A stretch of DNA of 39,868 nt, from positions 1-39,868 of the forward strand of contig JAUCBJ010007235.1 in the NCBI GenBank assembly GCA_032718475.1, read 5' to 3'. This DNA comes from Nemertoderma westbladi. Taxonomy: Eukaryota > Animalia > Xenacoelomorpha. Shown here piece by piece: positions 34,546 to 39,868 of the stretch. Below the pieces are notes generated by a model. That model saw nothing but the letters and a program-made list of their open reading frames with translations. It did not search any database and was not told the DNA's origin. The position numbers and the translations under genes are program-made. The stretch's first letter is position 1; every line of letters begins with the position of its first letter.

Positions 34546-36292
34546 AAGTCAAACCAGTCAGGTCGGGACTTGCTACCATACTATTACAGTAACGTGGTAC
34601 TACCTGTAGCTGTCGCGACCAGTCAGATATTTTATGGTCGGCCAAGAAGAGAACAAGATGCGACAATATAAATATTGCGATTCCATGCGATGAAAGTGAA
34701 GATGAGTTAGCCGCAGAATCGGATGATGATTAGATTCCCGACAATAACATAGACTATTTCTTTGAGATCCTCTACGGTAAGGGCTATCCTACGGCCTACA
34801 AATCTACTAGTACGAAGCTATAGAATATCTCTAACCGTAAATTCCAGTAGTATACCGCTTACCAGATCCTAGTAACGATGTATCTTACCGTAAGATCTAG
34901 TAATGAAACGGGCTCGTACAGTATCTGACAACAAATCCCAGTCCAGGGTATCTAAACAAACAGATACAATACACAAACTACTACTGGCGAGGAGCAGAGC
35001 CTAGTGTCTATTCTATGTACGTGAGCGGGTCTAATGCCTACGAACTAGACAAAAGGAAACCTGTCCTCTAACCGGTATGGCAGATGTACAGTTACAGTAA
35101 CAGACCAAACTCACGGGAAAACAATCCCCGCGCAGCGAATCCTAACTATCGCTGACAGTCCCAAATACCGTAACTTGCCGCGGTGTGATTTATATGGTTT
35201 ATATACGAGCTAGGTGGGTTACAGACCTAGCGTAACAATACTGATCCCCGTGCTAAATCAGTCTAAAGAGGGTCGTGCCTAATGTAACAATACCGCTGCT
35301 CTGACAAAACAACAGTTTAAAATAACGAAATAAATACTCCTTCCTTGCCGTAACTATATATTAGATCCTAATTTTACAAAAAGTACCTTTACCAAAAGTA
35401 AGATATATATTCTGCCTAAAGTAATCTAAAGCGCGCTATCTAGTAGAACTCTAAGGGTAAATATGTTTTAGGGCGTGTGTGTGTGGGTGAGTTACAATAA
35501 AACAATTTTGGTGTATATCATTTTACTATAGGTTTTAGTAATTCTCTGACCAAAACAATACCGTGCGCTAGCTACGAAAATAAGCTAGTCGCGTTTTGTA
35601 GAACTTTATACATATAAATGACGTCAAAGCTCTCTCCTTCCTATCCACAACTCAACCGGGCAACCACTGTGTTAGTAACTACACCCGTGATCGGCACAAA
35701 TACCAGATTCTGGTTGTAAGATAAGAAATAGGGGTTAATCGCTACCGTACGTTAGCTGATCTGGTATACAAATTTGATTCTAGAACTTTGTTGCTGCGGT
35801 AGTTAGCAGCAATACCTATCAGTACGTGGCAAGGTGCGGTAGGATATTAATAAACCTCCCCAGGCCAAGCGGTGTGCCGGTAGCAGAAATGCTCCTTGCC
35901 TGATCAAATAACTAATGTTCAGACAAGGGGGGGGGGGGGGGGGGGGGGGTACTAATGTATATTCTACAAAGCGAACCGGTACCAAACGGTCAGTGGTACG
36001 AATCACTAAATTATGGAACATATGCTGTCTGTACCTAATGTGTACTCGCGTACTGACGGACGGCCTTCGCGCAGCACGAGGCCCAGTTATGAGATACAAA
36101 TTAAATTGAGCGACTGTATCACAAAATCAGGTTTTGAAAAATTTACCCACACCACCAATCAATCAAAGAAAGGGGGACAGTACGTGTTCACCCCTTTTAA
36201 TCCCCCCCCCCCACCCTTCCCAACCACCAATACATAACCGCGACATCTACCACCCACGGAAGGGTAGCACGAACTTATTTTCAATCGCACGT

Positions 36293-36585
36293 TCAATATG
36301 CAAAGCCAGGTGGTTTATAGGAATATAATAAACGCAGTACTTGTTTTCATTATAAGCCTCGTTGCGTTCGTCCTGTTTTGTATTTAAATATATTTCTTAA
36401 ACGCAGGCTAGGACGTTCTTTATAATAATAATAACTAGAGATGCGATCAATATGTGAAGCCAGGTGGTTTATATAATAATTTAGTCAACGCAGTACTCGT
36501 CTTCATTATATGCCTCGTTGCGCTCGTCGCTTGTCCTGTTTTGTTATAAAATATTTTTCCGAAACGCAGACTGACGATCTTTATA
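36293..36585. repeat. Two diverged adjacent copies of a ~130-bp repeat
   Basis: TCAATATG..AAGCCAGGTGGTTTATA...AACGCAGTACT...GCCTCGTTGCG at ~36293 and ~36446. Confidence 0.7.
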
Positions 36586-37439
36586 CAGTTATAACTATGC
36601 GAAGTTTCGAAACTGTGCGAGTAACTGTTGATACATCTATGTATGTGGAGATGTGTGATACAACGCCAACGCATCGTATGCTGATGTAGTAATATGGGTA
36701 TTGAAATAATATTAAATTAATGTACACTCTTAAAGCTGCAGCGATTCTAATTTCCTAGGTTACATATAAAATAATAATAATATTTTTAAGAACATTAATT
36801 TTACTACTTTGCAAAAATTCAATTAAAAAATAACCAGACATATACATTGTGGAATAAACTATTTCAGAAACCTACAACAGCCATGCCATGGATAGTATTT
36901 ATGTTATTATATCTGTCATTTACCTGAGATAGCAATACAACACTTATAGTAGAGTCAATACAGGAAGGATGTTGGGATGTTGGATTTAAAGAATGAATGC
37001 TGTCTGGGCTGGAATAGCAATACTGGTTGCCTATTACTATTCCTCTCTGGTTAGTCTTAGCAACAACTCCCTTCTCCCACCTCCCTGCCAGCTAGCTCCA
37101 CACCAGCAGAGACTTGACCAATAATCATTCCCAGCAACTAGCTGCTTTACACACACATCCTTCCATCGTACCAGCATGTTGGCCAATAAATGAGCAGTAT
37201 TTAATGAGAATCAATTTTTTTTGCCGTTTTAATTACTTTAGATCAATTAAAGACACAATTATTAAAGCAAATCACTTGAACTAATTAAAAACTATAATAG
37301 AATGGGGTATGTGGATTACATCTGTATAATTTTTAATTAGAATTATTTAAATCTTATACTGTAAAACAATTAATTTCCTTTAAAAGGCAGGTTGAAAATG
37401 GTGTTTTTACCGTAATAACTTAATTAACTAATTAACTGC

Positions 37440-37665
37440 TATTATCTTAGCTTCTCGAAGGCCACACGGAAATTCTACTTGGAAAATTTCTAAACTTTTG
37501 CCAAACAACATGTGTACCAAGTTTGGATAGATTTCATCAAAGATTGGCCGAGTTATTAACGTTTAAAATTGAACGCGACAGAACGACAGAACGACAGAAC
37601 GACAGGTTGATTAATGGTACCACTACGCTAAGGCTCACTCACTTCGTGGCTCGCCCCACAATTAG
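37440..37665 (+). mobile_element. HINE/Helentron-like non-autonomous element 3' end
   Basis: TGTACCAAGTTTGG core, (GACAGAAC)n microsatellite, terminal segment shared with 7370-7422. Confidence 0.5.
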
Positions 37666-37696
37666 GACAAATTATATCCTCACTACAACCCCTACT

Positions 37697-38185
37697 CTGT
37701 GGAGTTCCTCAAGGGTCTATTATCTCACCAACTTTATTTTCACTCTATATCAAAGACCTCCCTAACTCTACCAAACTATTCTCTACTTTGTTCGCTGATG
37801 ATACCACCCTTTTACTTTCTGATATACTTGCACCTAACCTTATCTCAGAATTTAATATATATATATCTAACTGGGTCACTGATAATATTCTAACATTAAA
37901 CCTAACCAAGAAATGAAGCTACATTCTTCTCTAACACACATAATGTGTGTGACCTTCCTAACCTATAGGCCTACATAAACTCCAAAGCTATAAAATATAC
38001 CGATAGCAGCAAAATGCTTGGAATTTGGATAGACAAAAATTTATCGTGGAAAACTCATACCAACTACGTTCTTAAAAAATATCAAAATCTACAGGTATAT
38101 ATATTTTATAAACTCAAATATATATTTCCTTTACATATTCTACGGCAACTGTACTACTCACTAGTTCATCCTTACATCTACAGTA
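37697..38185 (+). mobile_element. CR1/L2-clade LINE reverse transcriptase fragment
   Basis: CGVPQGSIISPTLFSLYIKDLP...LFADDTTL and MLGIWIDKNLSWKTH. Confidence 0.85.
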
Positions 38186-38198
38186 CGGCATCACTCAC

Positions 38199-38510
38199 TC
38201 TACGGCGGGTTCATTGTGTCAAGTACAATTGACACATCTCCAATCAGACTCTGTCTGTACAACATTGGAAGTATTTCATTAGTCTCCCCTAGCTTGACAC
38301 TTGGACGGAACCGCCTCCACTTTGCAGGACATTGTTTTCGCCGCGAGGACCAGCCAGTGCAGCAGCCCCATGGAGAAAATAAGCATGGTGGACAGCTCAT
38401 GACTTTCTTGAGGCGCCTTTGAGGGACGGCCTTGCAGACGCGAATTATCTAGCAAAAGTCATGGATGATATGGAAGCGTAATTTAGTGGACATGCCGGCA
38501 TATAGAGGCA
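38199..38510 (+). mobile_element. RTE-like LINE 3' fragment (same family as 32130-32787)
   Basis: CTACGGCGGGTTCATTGTGTCAAG...RLHFAGHCFRREDQPV matches 32402-32730. Confidence 0.8.
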
Positions 38511-39178
38511 TTGTTGCCCAAATACAGCAGGTTCCACTGGTTCCAGTAAGTGTTCCAAATACAGCACTATTTTGGAAGTTAGGTTGTTTAATCTTTACAA
38601 TATTATATTGTAATTTACAATTTATTATAATCTTTCCAATGTTATTATTTAAACCTATTTGAACTATATAATGTTGAAAAATTACTTTATTGATAACAAA
38701 TTCGAATCCCTTAGAAGCTAGGGGAATTCCGAGTTAGGAGTTGACAAATCTTTATTATTTGAATTATTTTATTTTAAGTCAGAAAGCCTATGTATCTAAA
38801 TAGAATAACATTCAAATTGATATAAATTAATACGACAAGAATTAACATCAGCTGAAGTGCTGTAGCCCTAATCAACCATCCCCCAATATTGCTCTAACTA
38901 CACTACTACTACTACTACTATATTCGGCCTGCTACATTGAAACTGTACATTGAGAAGCTATGCCGGCTTAACAAAAACATTTGTCACCACCATGCAATCC
39001 ACAATTGGCAAGCCCAATGCAGCGTGCATTAAGAATGCTATGCCGGCTTATCAACAAAGCTGCACCGCCACAACTCCTTTCGCATGGCCTTCGTTAGCGA
39101 AGTCTGGATTTACCGTGTGCCAGTCCTTGCTTCAGTAGTCCTTGGGTTTAGCTGATCCGACTTCTTCTGCCTTCGATT

Positions 39179-39868
39179 ATGGATGGTTCACATCCTCCAA
39201 CACCAACTGGTTGTACCGGTACTGCTACTTCCTCAATTATTGATTTATTATCAAGTTATTCAGAATCGCTGCTGTCCACGGAGATGGACTGCAGTAGGCC
39301 TAATGGTAGATCGACACCTCGACTAAACTCTGTTCCCATCCCCACCGGACACAAGCCAAAGAAAACTCTTAGTGTCTCGAGGAAACGAAAGAAAGTGTTG
39401 AAGAAAAACAAAATAAATAGTTTTACTGAGAATTCTACTACCACTTCCGCGTCTCAGACGGCTGCCGTTGAGGTTTTGAGACCGACAAATTATCAACCAA
39501 GGACCTTCTTCGAACCATCCCGAAAGCGGCAGTAGTGAGTGTCCCTCGAATAAACCCGCGTGCCTGGAACCCGTGGAGGTTGTTAGATACGAACCTGTTC
39601 GAAAGAAAACAAAAACCGATTCGCTGAAACCAAAAATTGAGACGAAACGCAACCGAAACGAGAAAAAGGTTGGGTTTCGCTTGAAGACGGCTCGGGCGGA
39701 TGTTCGAGATTTAAGTATTAACGGGCTGCCCAGCGCTACTAGGGCGGCCGCACAGGAGGACAAAGCCGTGAGGTTGGGCGCCGTCCCCAAGAAACCACCG
39801 TACATTAACTATAAACAATTCATGAAGGATTGCAAAGCGAAACGAGAGAGCGAGCAACGCAAACGGCA
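39179..39868 (+). CDS. C1orf131/DUF4602-like protein (small-subunit processome factor), 5' part, running off the window; apparent frameshift at ~39480-39533
   Basis: The frame open from 39480 encodes VEVVRY...FRLKTARADVRDLSINGL...AVRLGAVPKKPPYINYK, matching the LGAxPxKxxYxNYK family motif; the upstream Lys-rich ORF 39179-39535 is in a different frame. Confidence 0.7.

Noticed and set aside
34611-35290. Possible solo LTR (TGT...ACA, TATA-like on the minus strand)
   Set aside because: No matching target-site duplication or second copy could be found.

Overview
AT-rich, repeat-dense eukaryotic (invertebrate-like) genomic DNA. The centre is a complete, very young 14.2-kb BEL/Pao LTR retrotransposon (7959-22189; 541-bp LTRs with one mismatch seen; GTAAA target-site duplication). 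It is atypical in four ways: a roughly 1080-codon low-complexity extension precedes Gag; there is no tRNA-type primer-binding site; an array of 20 tandem mini-hairpins follows integrase; and an intact ~850-aa third ORF in the env position encodes a DEDDy-like (WRN/EXD/RNase D-type) 3'-5' exonuclease domain plus three CCHC zinc knuckles. The element lies between two tandem paralogues (minus strand) of a predicted secreted, probably GPI-anchored protein with Cys-rich (Ly6/uPAR-like) domains and a Thr-rich 17-aa repeat stalk. The paralogues show a strongly diverged N-terminal domain, a duplicated exon and 4 versus 27 stalk repeats. The rest is TE debris (Kolobok-like and Harbinger-like MITEs, RTE and CR1 LINE fragments, a tRNA-derived SINE, HINE/Helentron-like pieces), a 37-bp satellite, and the 5' part of a C1orf131/DUF4602-like gene at the right edge. 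All family assignments come from motif recognition by eye, not database searches.
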